DNA from: Escherichia coli
Lineage (GTDB): Bacteria; Pseudomonadota; Gammaproteobacteria; Enterobacterales; Enterobacteriaceae
Direction: 5' to 3' (one strand)
DNA length: 64,000 nt
Assembly (NCBI RefSeq): GCF_044324785.1
Contig: NZ_CP172127.1
The position numbers and the translations under genes are program-made. Under the pieces are notes generated by a model, which made no database searches, had not been told where the DNA came from, and saw only the letters and a list, made by a program, of their open reading frames with translations. Shown piece after piece: positions 1 through 9,914 of the stretch (positions within the stretch are counted from its first letter, which is position 1; each line of letters starts with the position of its first letter).

Positions 1-399
1 GGAGCCAGCCTGTGGGTGATGCAGGGTAAAGATAAAGAAACGTATACCGGTGTGGCGAAGTTCCTCGACTTCCTCGCGAAGCCAGAAAACGCTGCCGAGT
101 GGCATCAGAAAACTGGTTATCTGCCAATCACCAAAGCGGCGTATGACCTGACCCGTGAGCAGGGTTTTTATGAGAAAAACCCAGGGGCGGATACCGCGAC
201 GCGTCAGATGCTGAATAAGCCGCCGTTACCGTTCACCAAAGGGCTGCGTCTGGGCAACATGCCGCAGATCCGCGTGATTGTGGATGAAGAGCTGGAGAGC
301 GTGTGGACCGGTAAGAAGACACCACAGCAGGCACTGGATACCGCCGTTGAGCGTGGGAACCAGTTACTGCGCCGCTTTGAGAAATCGACGAAGTCTTAA
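1..399 (+). CDS. ugpB: sn-glycerol-3-phosphate ABC transporter periplasmic binding protein, 3' part (5' end lies upstream of window)
   Basis: ORF 16..399 reads through from the window edge; C-terminal sequence and position upstream of ugpAECQ. Confidence 0.85.
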   Translation, partial: GASLWVMQGKDKETYTGVAKFLDFLAKPENAAEWHQKTGYLPITKAAYDLTREQGFYEKNPGADTATRQMLNKPPLPFTKGLRLGNMPQIRVIVDEELESVWTGKKTPQQALDTAVERGNQLLRRFEKSTKS

Positions 400-560
400 T
401 TCTCTTACCCTCACCCTAACCCTCTCCCAAAGGGAGAGGGGACCGATCGGCGTGGTATCCAGGTGCCGTGTCGGTTTGCAACTTCGCTCGGTGGGAAAGT
501 ATGCACCGCCTTTCTCCCTCGCCCCTCTGGGGAGAGGGCCGGGGTGAGGGGAACACAACA
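400..560. repeat. GC-rich composite palindromic intergenic repeat (two inverted copies of a ~35 bp hairpin unit)
   Basis: ccctcaccc-taa-ccctctccc-aaa-gggagaggg at 408-440 and its near-identical inverse complement ...ggagagggccggggtgaggg at 531-550. Confidence 0.6.
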
Positions 561-574
561 CGAAGAGTTTAACT

Positions 575-1462
575 ATGTCATCATCCCGTCCGGTGTTCCG
601 CTCGCGCTGGCTGCCTTACCTGCTGGTCGCGCCGCAGCTCATCATCACCGTTATCTTTTTTATCTGGCCTGCGGGCGAAGCGTTGTGGTACTCGCTACAA
701 AGCGTCGATCCATTTGGTTTCTCCAGCCAGTTTGTCGGTCTGGATAACTTCGTCGCGCTGTTTCATGACAGCTACTATCTCGACTCCTTCTGGACGACGA
801 TAAAATTCAGCACCTTTGTCACCGTCAGCGGTTTGCTGGTATCGCTGTTCTTTGCGGCTCTGGTGGAGTACATCGTGCGCGGCAGCCGTTTCTATCAAAC
901 CTTGATGCTGCTGCCGTATGCCGTGGCTCCCGCCGTTGCCGCCGTATTATGGATCTTCCTGTTTAACCCCGGTCGCGGGTTGATCACCCATTTTCTCGCT
1001 GAGTTCGGCTACGACTGGAACCATGCGCAAAACAGCGGTCAGGCGATGTTCCTGGTGGTGTTTGCCTCGGTGTGGAAGCAAATTAGCTACAACTTCCTGT
1101 TCTTCTATGCCGCGCTGCAATCCATTCCCCGCTCGTTGATCGAAGCCGCAGCCATCGACGGTGCAGGCCCGATTCGCCGCTTCTTTAAGATTGCGCTGCC
1201 GCTTATCGCTCCGGTGAGTTTCTTCCTGCTGGTGGTGAACCTGGTATACGCCTTCTTCGACACCTTCCCGGTGATCGACGCCGCCACGTCCGGCGGGCCG
1301 GTTCAGGCCACCACGACGCTGATTTATAAGATTTACCGCGAAGGCTTTACCGGACTGGATCTGGCTTCGTCTGCCGCGCAGTCGGTGGTGTTGATGTTCC
1401 TCGTCATCGTGCTGACGGTGGTGCAGTTCCGCTATGTTGAAAGCAAGGTGCGTTACCAATGA
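575..1462 (+). CDS. ugpA: sn-glycerol-3-phosphate ABC transporter permease
   Basis: 295 aa polytopic membrane ORF; operon position; 4-nt overlap with next gene. Confidence 0.9.
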   Translation: MSSSRPVFRSRWLPYLLVAPQLIITVIFFIWPAGEALWYSLQSVDPFGFSSQFVGLDNFVALFHDSYYLDSFWTTIKFSTFVTVSGLLVSLFFAALVEYIVRGSRFYQTLMLLPYAVAPAVAAVLWIFLFNPGRGLITHFLAEFGYDWNHAQNSGQAMFLVVFASVWKQISYNFLFFYAALQSIPRSLIEAAAIDGAGPIRRFFKIALPLIAPVSFFLLVVNLVYAFFDTFPVIDAATSGGPVQATTTLIYKIYREGFTGLDLASSAAQSVVLMFLVIVLTVVQFRYVESKVRYQ

Positions 1463-2304
1463 TTGAGAACCGTCCGTGGCTGACGATATTCAGCCATACC
1501 ATGCTGATCCTCGGGATCGCGGTGATCCTCTTCCCGCTGTACGTGGCGTTTGTCGCGGCGACGCTGGATAAACAAGCCGTCTACGCCGCGCCGATGACGC
1601 TAATCCCCGGCCCACATCTGCTGGAAAACATCCACAACATCTGGGTGAACGGGGTAGGCACGAATAGCGCGCCGTTCTGGCGGATGTTGCTTAACAGCTT
1701 CGTGATGGCGTTCAGCATTACGCTCGGCAAAATTACCGTCTCGATGCTTTCGGCATTTGCCATTGTCTGGTTTCGTTTTCCGCTGCGTAACCTCTTCTTC
1801 TGGATGATTTTTATCACCCTGATGCTGCCAGTTGAAGTACGTATCTTCCCGACGGTGGAAGTCATCGCCAACCTGAAAATGCTCGACAGCTACGCAGGCC
1901 TGACGCTGCCGCTGATGGCCTCGGCGACCGCTACCTTCCTGTTCCGCCAGTTCTTTATGACGCTGCCGGATGAACTGGTGGAAGCCGCGCGGATCGACGG
2001 CGCGTCACCAATGCGTTTCTTTTGCGACATCGTTTTTCCGCTCTCCAAAACTAATCTGGCGGCGCTGTTTGTGATCACCTTTATTTACGGCTGGAACCAG
2101 TATTTGTGGCCGTTGTTGATTATTACCGACGTTGATCTCGGCACCACCGTGGCAGGGATTAAAGGGATGATCGCCACTGGCGAAGGCACCACGGAATGGA
2201 ACTCAGTGATGGCGGCGATGTTGTTAACCCTGATCCCACCAGTAGTGATTGTTTTAGTGATGCAGCGTGCCTTTGTGCGCGGCCTGGTCGATAGTGAGAA
2301 ATAA
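1459..2304 (+). CDS. ugpE: sn-glycerol-3-phosphate ABC transporter permease
   Basis: 281 aa membrane ORF, ATGA overlap with ugpA. Confidence 0.9.
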   Translation: MIENRPWLTIFSHTMLILGIAVILFPLYVAFVAATLDKQAVYAAPMTLIPGPHLLENIHNIWVNGVGTNSAPFWRMLLNSFVMAFSITLGKITVSMLSAFAIVWFRFPLRNLFFWMIFITLMLPVEVRIFPTVEVIANLKMLDSYAGLTLPLMASATATFLFRQFFMTLPDELVEAARIDGASPMRFFCDIVFPLSKTNLAALFVITFIYGWNQYLWPLLIITDVDLGTTVAGIKGMIATGEGTTEWNSVMAAMLLTLIPPVVIVLVMQRAFVRGLVDSEK

Positions 2305-2305
2305 G

Positions 2306-3376
2306 ATGGCAGGACTGAAATTACAGGCAGTAACCAAAAGCTGGGATGGCAAAACCCAGGTCATTAAACCGCTGACACTTGATGTGGCGGATGGCGAATT
2401 TATCGTGATGGTCGGGCCGTCTGGCTGCGGGAAATCGACGCTGCTGCGCATGGTTGCCGGGCTGGAGCGGGTGACGGAAGGCGATATCTGGATCAACGAC
2501 CAGCGGGTGACCGAAATGGAGCCGAAAGATCGCGGGATTGCGATGGTGTTCCAGAACTACGCTCTCTACCCACATATGAGCGTCGAAGAAAACATGGCGT
2601 GGGGGCTGAAAATTCGCGGCATGGGCAAGCAGCAAATTGCCGAACGTGTTAAAGAAGCGGCGCGCATTCTGGAGCTGGACGGCCTGCTTAAACGTCGCCC
2701 GCGCGAGCTATCTGGCGGTCAGCGTCAGCGTGTGGCGATGGGGCGTGCGATTGTGCGTGAGCCGGCAGTGTTCCTGTTTGATGAGCCGCTCTCTAACCTC
2801 GATGCCAAGCTGCGTGTGCAGATGCGCCTTGAACTGCAACAGCTGCACCGTCGCCTGAAAACGACTTCACTGTACGTTACTCACGATCAGGTTGAGGCGA
2901 TGACCCTCGCCCAGCGAGTGATGGTGATGAACGGCGGCGTTGCCGAACAGATTGGCACGCCAGTTGAAGTCTACGAAAAGCCCGCCAGCCTGTTTGTGGC
3001 GAGTTTTATTGGCAGTCCGGCGATGAACCTGCTGACAGGCCGCGTGAATAACGAAGGCACGCATTTCGAACTGGACGGCGGCATCGCGCTGCCGCTAAAC
3101 GGTGGCTACCGTCAGTATGCCGGGCGTAAAATGACCCTCGGCATTCGCCCGGAACATATAGCGCTAAGCTCGCAGGCAGAAGGTGGTGTGCCGCTGGTGA
3201 TGGACACGCTGGAGATCCTCGGTGCAGATAACCTGGCGCACGGACGCTGGGACGAACAGAAGCTGGTGGTGCGACTGGCGCATCAGGAGCGCCCGACGGC
3301 AGGCAGCACACTGTGGCTGCATCTGCCGGAAAATCAGCTGCATCTTTTTGATGGTGAAACAGGACAACGAGTATGA
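2306..3376 (+). CDS. ugpC: sn-glycerol-3-phosphate ABC transporter ATP-binding protein
   Basis: Walker [13 protein letters not shown] signature LSGGQRQR; start taken at MAGLK (ATG 2306) right after the ugpE stop, not the upstream in-frame ATG 2267. Confidence 0.9.
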   Translation: MAGLKLQAVTKSWDGKTQVIKPLTLDVADGEFIVMVGPSGCGKSTLLRMVAGLERVTEGDIWINDQRVTEMEPKDRGIAMVFQNYALYPHMSVEENMAWGLKIRGMGKQQIAERVKEAARILELDGLLKRRPRELSGGQRQRVAMGRAIVREPAVFLFDEPLSNLDAKLRVQMRLELQQLHRRLKTTSLYVTHDQVEAMTLAQRVMVMNGGVAEQIGTPVEVYEKPASLFVASFIGSPAMNLLTGRVNNEGTHFELDGGIALPLNGGYRQYAGRKMTLGIRPEHIALSSQAEGGVPLVMDTLEILGADNLAHGRWDEQKLVVRLAHQERPTAGSTLWLHLPENQLHLFDGETGQRV

Positions 3377-4116
3377 GTAACTGGCCTTATCCCCGCATCG
3401 TCGCCCATCGTGGCGGCGGTAAACTGGCCCCGGAAAACACCCTGGCGGCAATCGACGTGGGGGCAAAATACGGTCATAAGATGATCGAATTTGACGCGAA
3501 GTTATCGAAAGATGGCGAGATCTTCCTGCTCCATGACGACAATCTCGAACGTACCAGCAACGGCTGGGGCGTCGCGGGTGAACTGAACTGGCAGGATTTA
3601 CTACGCGTGGATGCGGGCAGTTGGTACAGCAAAGCGTTTAAAGGTGAGCCGCTGCCGTTGCTTTCGCAGGTGGCGGAACGCTGTCGCGAACACGGGATGA
3701 TGGCGAATATCGAAATCAAACCCACCACTGGCACCGGGCCATTAACGGGCAAAACGGTGGCGCTGGCGGCACGCGAACTGTGGGCCGATATGACGCCGCC
3801 GCTGCTGTCATCGTTTGAGATTGATGCTTTAGAAGCTGCACAACAGGCGGCACCGGAACTGCCGCGCGGTTTATTGCTTGATGAGTGGCGCGACGACTGG
3901 CGAGAACTGACCGCGCGGCTGGGCTGCGTCTCTATTCATCTCAATCATAAGTTGCTCGATAAAGCGCGAGTGATGCAGTTGAAAGACGCCGGATTACGGA
4001 TTCTGGTTTATACCGTCAATAAACCCCAGCGCGCGGCAGAGTTGCTGCGCTGGGGCGTGGATTGCATCTGTACCGATGCGATTGACGTGATTGGTCCGAA
4101 CTTTACGGCCCAATAG
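3373..4116 (+). CDS. ugpQ: cytoplasmic glycerophosphodiester phosphodiesterase
   Basis: 247 aa, GP-PDE motif HRGG, overlaps ugpC stop. Confidence 0.9.
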
Positions 4117-4543
4117 TTTTCAACGGAATATCAGGCTGCGGCGTGCTGGGCTGATTCAGCATGTCGCCGTTTCTCCTCTCCGGCAGCATATGCTGCTGAT
4201 TCAACGAACTATCCGGATTACGGTTGCTGTTTAACATCCCGCCGTTGGTGTTGGGCAGCATTTGCTGCCGGGCGGGATTTCGCTCCCCCGGCTGTGACTG
4301 CAACACCCGCTGAGAATTATTGTTTATCTGGTTTTCTAAATGCTGTTGTTGCAACTGAGTTTGCGTTTTCAGTTGCTGATTCAGCATCCCTTTTTGCTGG
4401 ATTTGCTGCGTTTGCATTTGAGTCTGCATCCGCTGCTGGCTGGGGATCTGATATCCCGGCTGGTTGGGGTTGTTCAGAGTATTAATGGGCTGTGCAAAGC
4501 CGACAAACGGCAGGAGTGCCGTAAGAATCAGAAGTCGTTTCAT
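4103..4543 (-). CDS. yhhA: secreted Gln-rich protein of unknown function
   Basis: 146 aa, N-terminal signal peptide [19 protein letters not shown]-rich low-complexity body; convergent 14-nt overlap with ugpQ 3' end. Confidence 0.8.
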
Positions 4544-4662
4544 CGCGTATCCTCCTCTGAAGATATTCTTTAAGTTTACTCCTTTCCTGCAATCATCAGG
4601 ATTAATTCAGAGTTATATACCAGGCTTAGCTGGGGTTGCCCCTTAATCTCTGGAGAATAACG

Positions 4663-6408
4663 ATGATAAAACCGACGTTTTTACGCCGGGTGGCCATTGC
4701 TGCTCTGTTCACAGGAAGTTGTTTTAGTACGGTAGCCGCGCCACCTGCGCCGTCTCCTGTTTCTTACGGCGTGGAGGAAGATGTCTTTCATCCGGTACGC
4801 GCGAAACAGGGGATGGTGGCGTCTGTAGATGCTACTGCCACTCAGGTGGGGGTGGATATCCTCAAGGAGGGCGGGAATGCCGTTGATGCCGCCGTGGCGG
4901 TGGGCTACGCGCTGGCGGTAACGCATCCGCAGGCGGGGAATCTGGGCGGCGGTGGTTTTATGTTAATCCGCTCGAAAAATGGCAACACCACGGCGATTGA
5001 TTTCCGCGAAATGGCACCCGCCAAAGCGACCCGGGATATGTTCCTTGATGATCAGGGCAACCCGGACAGCAAAAAATCACTCACTTCGCATCTGGCCTCC
5101 GGCACGCCCGGTACGGTCGCTGGTTTCTCGCTGGCGTTGGATAAATACGGCACTATGCCGTTGAACAAAGTGGTGCAGCCAGCGTTTAAACTGGCACGCG
5201 ATGGTTTTATCGTTAACGACGCGCTGGCTGACGATCTCAAAACCTACGGGAGCGAAGTGCTGCCGAATCACGAAAATAGCAAAGCTATCTTCTGGAAAGA
5301 GGGCGAGCCGCTGAAAAAGGGCGACAAGCTGGTGCAGGCGAACCTGGCAAAGAGCCTGGAGATGATTGCCGAAAACGGCCCGGACGAATTCTACAAAGGC
5401 ACGATAGCGGAACAGATTGCCCAGGAGATGCAGAAAAACGGTGGCTTGATCACGAAAGAAGATTTAGCGGCGTATAAAGCGGTCGAACGTACACCGATTA
5501 GCGGCGATTATCGCGGGTATCAGGTTTACTCGATGCCACCGCCATCTTCCGGCGGGATCCATATCGTACAAATCCTCAATATTCTGGAAAACTTCGATAT
5601 GAAGAAATACGGCTTTGGCAGCGCCGACGCGATGCAAATCATGGCAGAAGCTGAGAAATACGCCTACGCCGACCGCTCGGAATATCTTGGCGACCCGGAT
5701 TTTGTCAAAGTCCCGTGGCAGGCGCTGACCAATAAAGCCTATGCCAAATCTATTGCCGATCAAATCGATATCAATAAAGCGAAGCCGTCCAGTGAGATTC
5801 GCCCTGGCAAGCTTGCGCCTTATGAGAGTAATCAAACTACCCATTACTCTGTAGTGGATAAAGACGGTAACGCGGTGGCGGTGACCTATACGCTGAATAC
5901 CACCTTCGGTACGGGCATTGTCGCGGGCGAGAGCGGTATTTTGCTCAATAACCAGATGGATGATTTCTCCGCCAAACCGGGCGTGCCGAACGTTTACGGG
6001 CTGGTGGGCGGTGATGCCAACGCCGTCGGGCCGAACAAACGTCCGCTGTCATCGATGTCACCAACCATTGTTGTGAAAGACGGTAAAACCTGGCTGGTGA
6101 CTGGTAGCCCTGGCGGTAGCCGGATTATCACCACCGTGCTGCAAATGGTAGTGAACAGCATCGATTATGGCATGAATGTCGCCGAAGCGACCAATGCACC
6201 GCGTTTCCACCATCAGTGGTTGCCGGACGAGCTGCGCGTCGAGAAAGGATTTAGCCCGGATACGCTCAAACTGCTGGAAGCAAAAGGTCAGAAAGTGGCG
6301 CTGAAAGAGGCGATGGGCAGCACACAAAGCATTATGGTTGGGCCGGACGGCGAGTTGTACGGCGCATCCGATCCGCGCTCGGTGGATGATTTAACGGCGG
6401 GGTATTAA
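4663..6408 (+). CDS. ggt: gamma-glutamyltranspeptidase
   Basis: 580 aa starting MIKPTFLRR, signal peptide, catalytic Thr region QTTHYSVVD; upstream in-frame ATG 4636 judged an ORF-track extension. Confidence 0.92.
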   Translation: MIKPTFLRRVAIAALFTGSCFSTVAAPPAPSPVSYGVEEDVFHPVRAKQGMVASVDATATQVGVDILKEGGNAVDAAVAVGYALAVTHPQAGNLGGGGFMLIRSKNGNTTAIDFREMAPAKATRDMFLDDQGNPDSKKSLTSHLASGTPGTVAGFSLALDKYGTMPLNKVVQPAFKLARDGFIVNDALADDLKTYGSEVLPNHENSKAIFWKEGEPLKKGDKLVQANLAKSLEMIAENGPDEFYKGTIAEQIAQEMQKNGGLITKEDLAAYKAVERTPISGDYRGYQVYSMPPPSSGGIHIVQILNILENFDMKKYGFGSADAMQIMAEAEKYAYADRSEYLGDPDFVKVPWQALTNKAYAKSIADQIDINKAKPSSEIRPGKLAPYESNQTTHYSVVDKDGNAVAVTYTLNTTFGTGIVAGESGILLNNQMDDFSAKPGVPNVYGLVGGDANAVGPNKRPLSSMSPTIVVKDGKTWLVTGSPGGSRIITTVLQMVVNSIDYGMNVAEATNAPRFHHQWLPDELRVEKGFSPDTLKLLEAKGQKVALKEAMGSTQSIMVGPDGELYGASDPRSVDDLTAGY

Positions 6409-6445
6409 GGTTAGCGGCTCTCTTCGTGGGAAGAGGGCCGTATTG

Positions 6446-6730
6446 TCAGGGCAAGCCGAAGGTAGCCTTTTTTATTTCATAATCCTGTAGATATTCTTCC
6501 AGCGGCTTTGCCGTTCCAAGGGAATGAATTTCACCACTGTCTTTATCAATAATAAAAGGTGCGTTACCGGCTAAACGCGCGGCCTCATCTCCAGATTCAA
6601 GAAATTCTTGTGATTCGAAACAGAAATACCAGCCCTGGCTAAAACGTCCATGCAGAGTGATGACGACAGGGAGATCTGCATCATCAAGGTAATGGTTCGC
6701 TTTCGCGAATGCGTCGTGATAAGTAATCAT
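6446..6730 (-). CDS. yrhB: small conserved protein (YrhB-like)
   Basis: 94 aa ORF at the position and size of K-12 yrhB. Confidence 0.7.
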   Translation of the reverse strand: MITYHDAFAKANHYLDDADLPVVITLHGRFSQGWYFCFESQEFLESGDEAARLAGNAPFIIDKDSGEIHSLGTAKPLEEYLQDYEIKKATFGLP

Positions 6731-7188
6731 AATTATAATAAATATTATTGTTGATCGTTATATTATTATTCTTGCGTTATACTTTGAGAAAAGACGCGTT
6801 CATCTTCGTCAAAGATATTATAAAATGCTGGTTTTGAAAAAAGTTCATCGGATAATATACAGTCACGAAATAAGTATCTGCTAATATTTTGTGATTTCTT
6901 TTTCAGAACGTCGAACGGGATTTTCTTATTTAAGATATCAGAATCTTATGATTCGGGTGAAATTCTAACTAAATCAACATGTCACTAAAATCATCATAGC
7001 CATTAGCTATTTCGGCTAAAATGGCTAAAATAGAGATTACATGTCTTCGGTCCATCTCACTTAAGGAGTGTAGTTCCGTTGTAAGTTTTTCCATAGCTTG
7101 CATTGCTAAGTTTCGAACAAGGAATTTTCTGCTGGTAATCTCTAAAAAGATGGCATGGTTTACAATGATTTTTGTTACCTTTTGATTA

Positions 7189-7683
7189 TTATGAACAACT
7201 GTCCATGATTTCGTTTAAGAATGAAGAGAAATCACTAAACGAACTGAATATATTTTCGGTGCCAATATTATCTCTAATTTCAAAAAAGTTACTTTTAATG
7301 TCATAAGTAAATATTGAAATGCTATCATCACCGATCACTAACCGTTCTTGTAGATCAGGGTTTATGAAATCATCATTATTTCTATAAAATTCATTTACGG
7401 CAAAAAGGTTTTTAACTGAAGGTTCTGGAATCGAGAGGCTAAATAATCGTAATCCATTAGCTTCGAATCCATCCATTGCTCTTAAAAAAGTAAGATAATC
7501 AGGTTGATTCTTAAAAAGAATACTAACTTCATTACATAACTTCTCCAGGCAATTAGTTGAATTAGAATTAAATTCTATTTGGATTATACTTTCAATAAAT
7601 GATTCCTTGAGCGGTGCTTCAAATGGATGGTCTAAATCATTCATCATTTTTTTTAATTTATTTATTTGGGTTTTAGTCATCAT
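7189..7683 (-). CDS. candidate immunity protein for the upstream Hcp-HNH effector (positional equivalent of yrhA)
   Basis: 164 aa acidic ORF, start ATGATGA-overlapped with yhhZ stop (translational coupling), AT-rich codon usage. Confidence 0.6.
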   Translation of the reverse strand: MMTKTQINKLKKMMNDLDHPFEAPLKESFIESIIQIEFNSNSTNCLEKLCNEVSILFKNQPDYLTFLRAMDGFEANGLRLFSLSIPEPSVKNLFAVNEFYRNNDDFINPDLQERLVIGDDSISIFTYDIKSNFFEIRDNIGTENIFSSFSDFSSFLNEIMDSCS

Positions 7684-8858
7684 TTTGTGGGTTCCATAAT
7701 ATTTTTCATGAGAGGATAAATTGAGCCAGATGGAATGGCCCAGGGAGTGATTTTGCTTTCACCTACTAATATTCCCTTAGCTATTCGTGATTGCATGTTA
7801 GTAAAAACTTTATGATATGGTTCGTTTTCGATTAATACTAAATTTTCGAAATCATTAGTACCACCATCATCTAGAGATAGTTTATGGTGAACATTATAAT
7901 TTAGAGGAACATTGCCCTTTCTCATTCTTAAAAGGTCTTCGGCGTTGAATCTTCCAGATGCTTCGGAGGTTTTTGCAAGTTTGATAAGAAAATTTTTTCT
8001 TACAGTTTTATTAAACTCCTTTCGTAAGTTAGCTAAGTCTTTTGAAGGTCTCTTAATGTATATTATTTCTATTATGTCTATACCATCAAGAAGTTTTTGT
8101 TGACCTCTAAGTTTGCCTAAGTAACTATTTATTTCTGTATATGTATCAACATTAGAACGCTTTGTTAAAAGAATAGATGCTGTTGCTATCGCTATGCCCG
8201 CTGTTTTTTCATTTAGTATTTGATCATAGCCTTTGATTGCATCTCCACCCAGTTTTTCCGCAGTATCTCTGAATCCTTCAATGTTCCCATTGTATACGCC
8301 ACCAGCAGCAAGTAGCCTGCCAACAGCTTCGCTGTTTAACGTTTTTAAACCATTATTTGTTTTGTTTTTTGAATTTGGTAAAAACAAGCGGTTATAATTT
8401 TCAGGGAGTGCCAAATAGCTGAACTCGGTGTTAGTGATAAGATGTTGGCAGAGGATAAATTCATAACTAACAGTTATTGTTTCTGTATCCAGCTGGTTTT
8501 CAATGATCTGGTGATGAATAGCCGATAAAAAAGCGCCTCTTAGTTGTATATAATAATACTTTTCCCATCTACCAAATCTATTTATTCGATAGAAGTCAAA
8601 TCCCATAAATAATTGTTCATTATTGTTAATGGAATTAATAAATAATGGAGTGCTTTTATCAATTAATTTACAAAATGTTATACCATGGAACTGTGAACCA
8701 AGCCCCGTATTAGAAATACTATTTAAGAGTGAGAATGTAAATATTTCATTCTCATGCCCGCTCTGCCAGCGATTACCTATAGATTCAGTAGTCCCACAAC
8801 CTGCGGAGATGCTTCCTTGTTGTTCTCCCGTTACTGTCAGATAAATAATATTACTCAT
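7680..8858 (-). CDS. yhhZ: Hcp-domain protein with C-terminal HNH nuclease extension (orphan T6SS Hcp-effector)
   Basis: 392 aa; N-terminal Hcp-like region; C-terminal NYNVHHKLSLDDGGTNDFENLVLIENEPYHKV HNH-type motif; very AT-rich. Confidence 0.8.
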   Translation of the reverse strand: MSNIIYLTVTGEQQGSISAGCGTTESIGNRWQSGHENEIFTFSLLNSISNTGLGSQFHGITFCKLIDKSTPLFINSINNNEQLFMGFDFYRINRFGRWEKYYYIQLRGAFLSAIHHQIIENQLDTETITVSYEFILCQHLITNTEFSYLALPENYNRLFLPNSKNKTNNGLKTLNSEAVGRLLAAGGVYNGNIEGFRDTAEKLGGDAIKGYDQILNEKTAGIAIATASILLTKRSNVDTYTEINSYLGKLRGQQKLLDGIDIIEIIYIKRPSKDLANLRKEFNKTVRKNFLIKLAKTSEASGRFNAEDLLRMRKGNVPLNYNVHHKLSLDDGGTNDFENLVLIENEPYHKVFTNMQSRIAKGILVGESKITPWAIPSGSIYPLMKNIMEPTK

Positions 8859-9061
8859 CCCTGAAAAGTCCTTTTATAGCATGCTATTTTATCAATGGCA
8901 CTATTATGCTTGTTAATTGTTATTTATTTACTCCAGGAAATTGTAGGCGTATATATTAAAAAATAAAATATTACACTTTAGGAAGTAATTATGAGGTAAA
9001 TCTCATATATTTATTGGGAAAATAAATACATTAAAGGAAGGTATGCCGATTTTGAATGACA

Positions 9062-9088
9062 CCCTTTTTCCATCTCAGAAAAAGGGCA
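9062..9088. terminator. bidirectional hairpin terminator between yhhZ promoter region and yhhY 3' end
   Basis: ccctttttc-loop-gaaaaaggg stem with flanking T/A runs. Confidence 0.5.
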
Positions 9089-9093
9089 CTATC

Positions 9094-9582
9094 TTACTTC
9101 ACCCGCGCCATATAATACGCATCGACATATTCACCATTACGTAATGCGTACTTTTTGCCAGTCCCTTCAATCTCAAAGCCGAATTTTTTATAGACCTTAA
9201 TTGCTGGCGCGTTATCGACGAACACCGTTAGTTCAATACGATCTACCCGCAACCAGTTATCGCACATTTCAATCATCTCTCGCATCAGGGCACTGGCGAC
9301 ACCGCGATTCTTCCAGCGGGCGTCGACACAGATACCAAAATCGGCAACATGACTGCGGCGCGGGCGTTGTTGCACGTCAATGGTGAGATGGCCTACGACG
9401 ATTCCATCAATACAGGCGACTAACTGCTTGATGCCGGGACGATCGGCGAGTCGCTCCTGCCACATATGATCGGAAGGATGAGGCACCTGTAGTGTGTTGC
9501 AATACACCTCCGGCTGGGCGTGAATCTGCCTGATGGCCTCGTAATCCCGTGTTTCTGCGTGGCGTATTACTATCTCACTCAT
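9094..9582 (-). CDS. yhhY: GNAT family N-acetyltransferase
   Basis: 162 aa from MSEIVIRHAETRDYEAIRQIH; acetyl-CoA binding RGVASALM motif; the longer ORF to 9660 would overlap the ryhB promoter. Confidence 0.85.
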   Translation of the reverse strand: MSEIVIRHAETRDYEAIRQIHAQPEVYCNTLQVPHPSDHMWQERLADRPGIKQLVACIDGIVVGHLTIDVQQRPRRSHVADFGICVDARWKNRGVASALMREMIEMCDNWLRVDRIELTVFVDNAPAIKVYKKFGFEIEGTGKKYALRNGEYVDAYYMARVK

Positions 9583-9680
9583 TCCTTTGTCCTCTTTGGG
9601 GTAAATGTCCCTTTCAACATCATTGACTTTCACATACGAGTCAAATGCATTTTTTTGCAAAAAGTGTTGGACAAGTGCGA

Positions 9681-9701
9681 ATGAGAATGATTATTATTGT
9701 C
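9681..9701 (+). promoter_or_regulatory. Fur box at ryhB promoter
   Basis: atgagaatgattattattgtc resembles GATAATGATAATCATTATC consensus immediately upstream of ryhB. Confidence 0.7.
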
Positions 9702-9703
9702 TC

Positions 9704-9797
9704 GCGATCAGGAAGACCCTCGCGGAGAACCTGAAAGCACGACATTGCTCACATTGCTTCCAGTATTACTTAGCCAGCCGGGTGCTGGCTTTTTTTT
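9704..9797 (+). ncRNA. ryhB: RyhB iron-responsive small RNA
   Basis: gcgatcaggaagaccctcgcggagaacctgaaagcacgacattgctcacattgcttccagtattacttagccagccgggtgctggcttttttttt matches RyhB as I recall it, with terminator hairpin plus T-run. Confidence 0.92.
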
Positions 9798-9914
9798 TGA
9801 TCTTTCGTTCTCAATTTATCCACGGGAGTGCTTGTGTTCGTTATGCGCACTCCAGTAGGAACCACGTCCGCTTTGCGCTAAGGTGTAAATAACCACCTTA
9901 AAAAGGACGAAATC

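Noticed and set aside
400-560. Possible CRISPR-like repeat
   Set aside because: Only two inverted copies of the unit, no regular direct repeat-spacer periodicity and no cas genes; classed as an intergenic palindromic element.
4636-4662. Upstream in-frame ATG extensions from the ORF track (ggt 4636, ugpC 2267, glgC 24783, asd 19209, glpD 34698, greB 59834, gntX 51810, feoB 56234, ompR 60011, yhhY 9660)
   Set aside because: The conserved N-termini of these well-known proteins begin at internal Met codons; the extensions are artefacts of longest-ORF calling.
6731-9093. IS element or prophage remnant in the low-GC island
   Set aside because: No transposase, integrase or terminal inverted repeats were recognisable; content is an Hcp-effector/immunity pair. 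The IS1 I recall at this locus in K-12 is absent.
9605-9892. 95-aa plus-strand ORF
   Set aside because: Overlaps the RyhB sRNA and its terminator; no coding signal; RyhB identity is far better supported.
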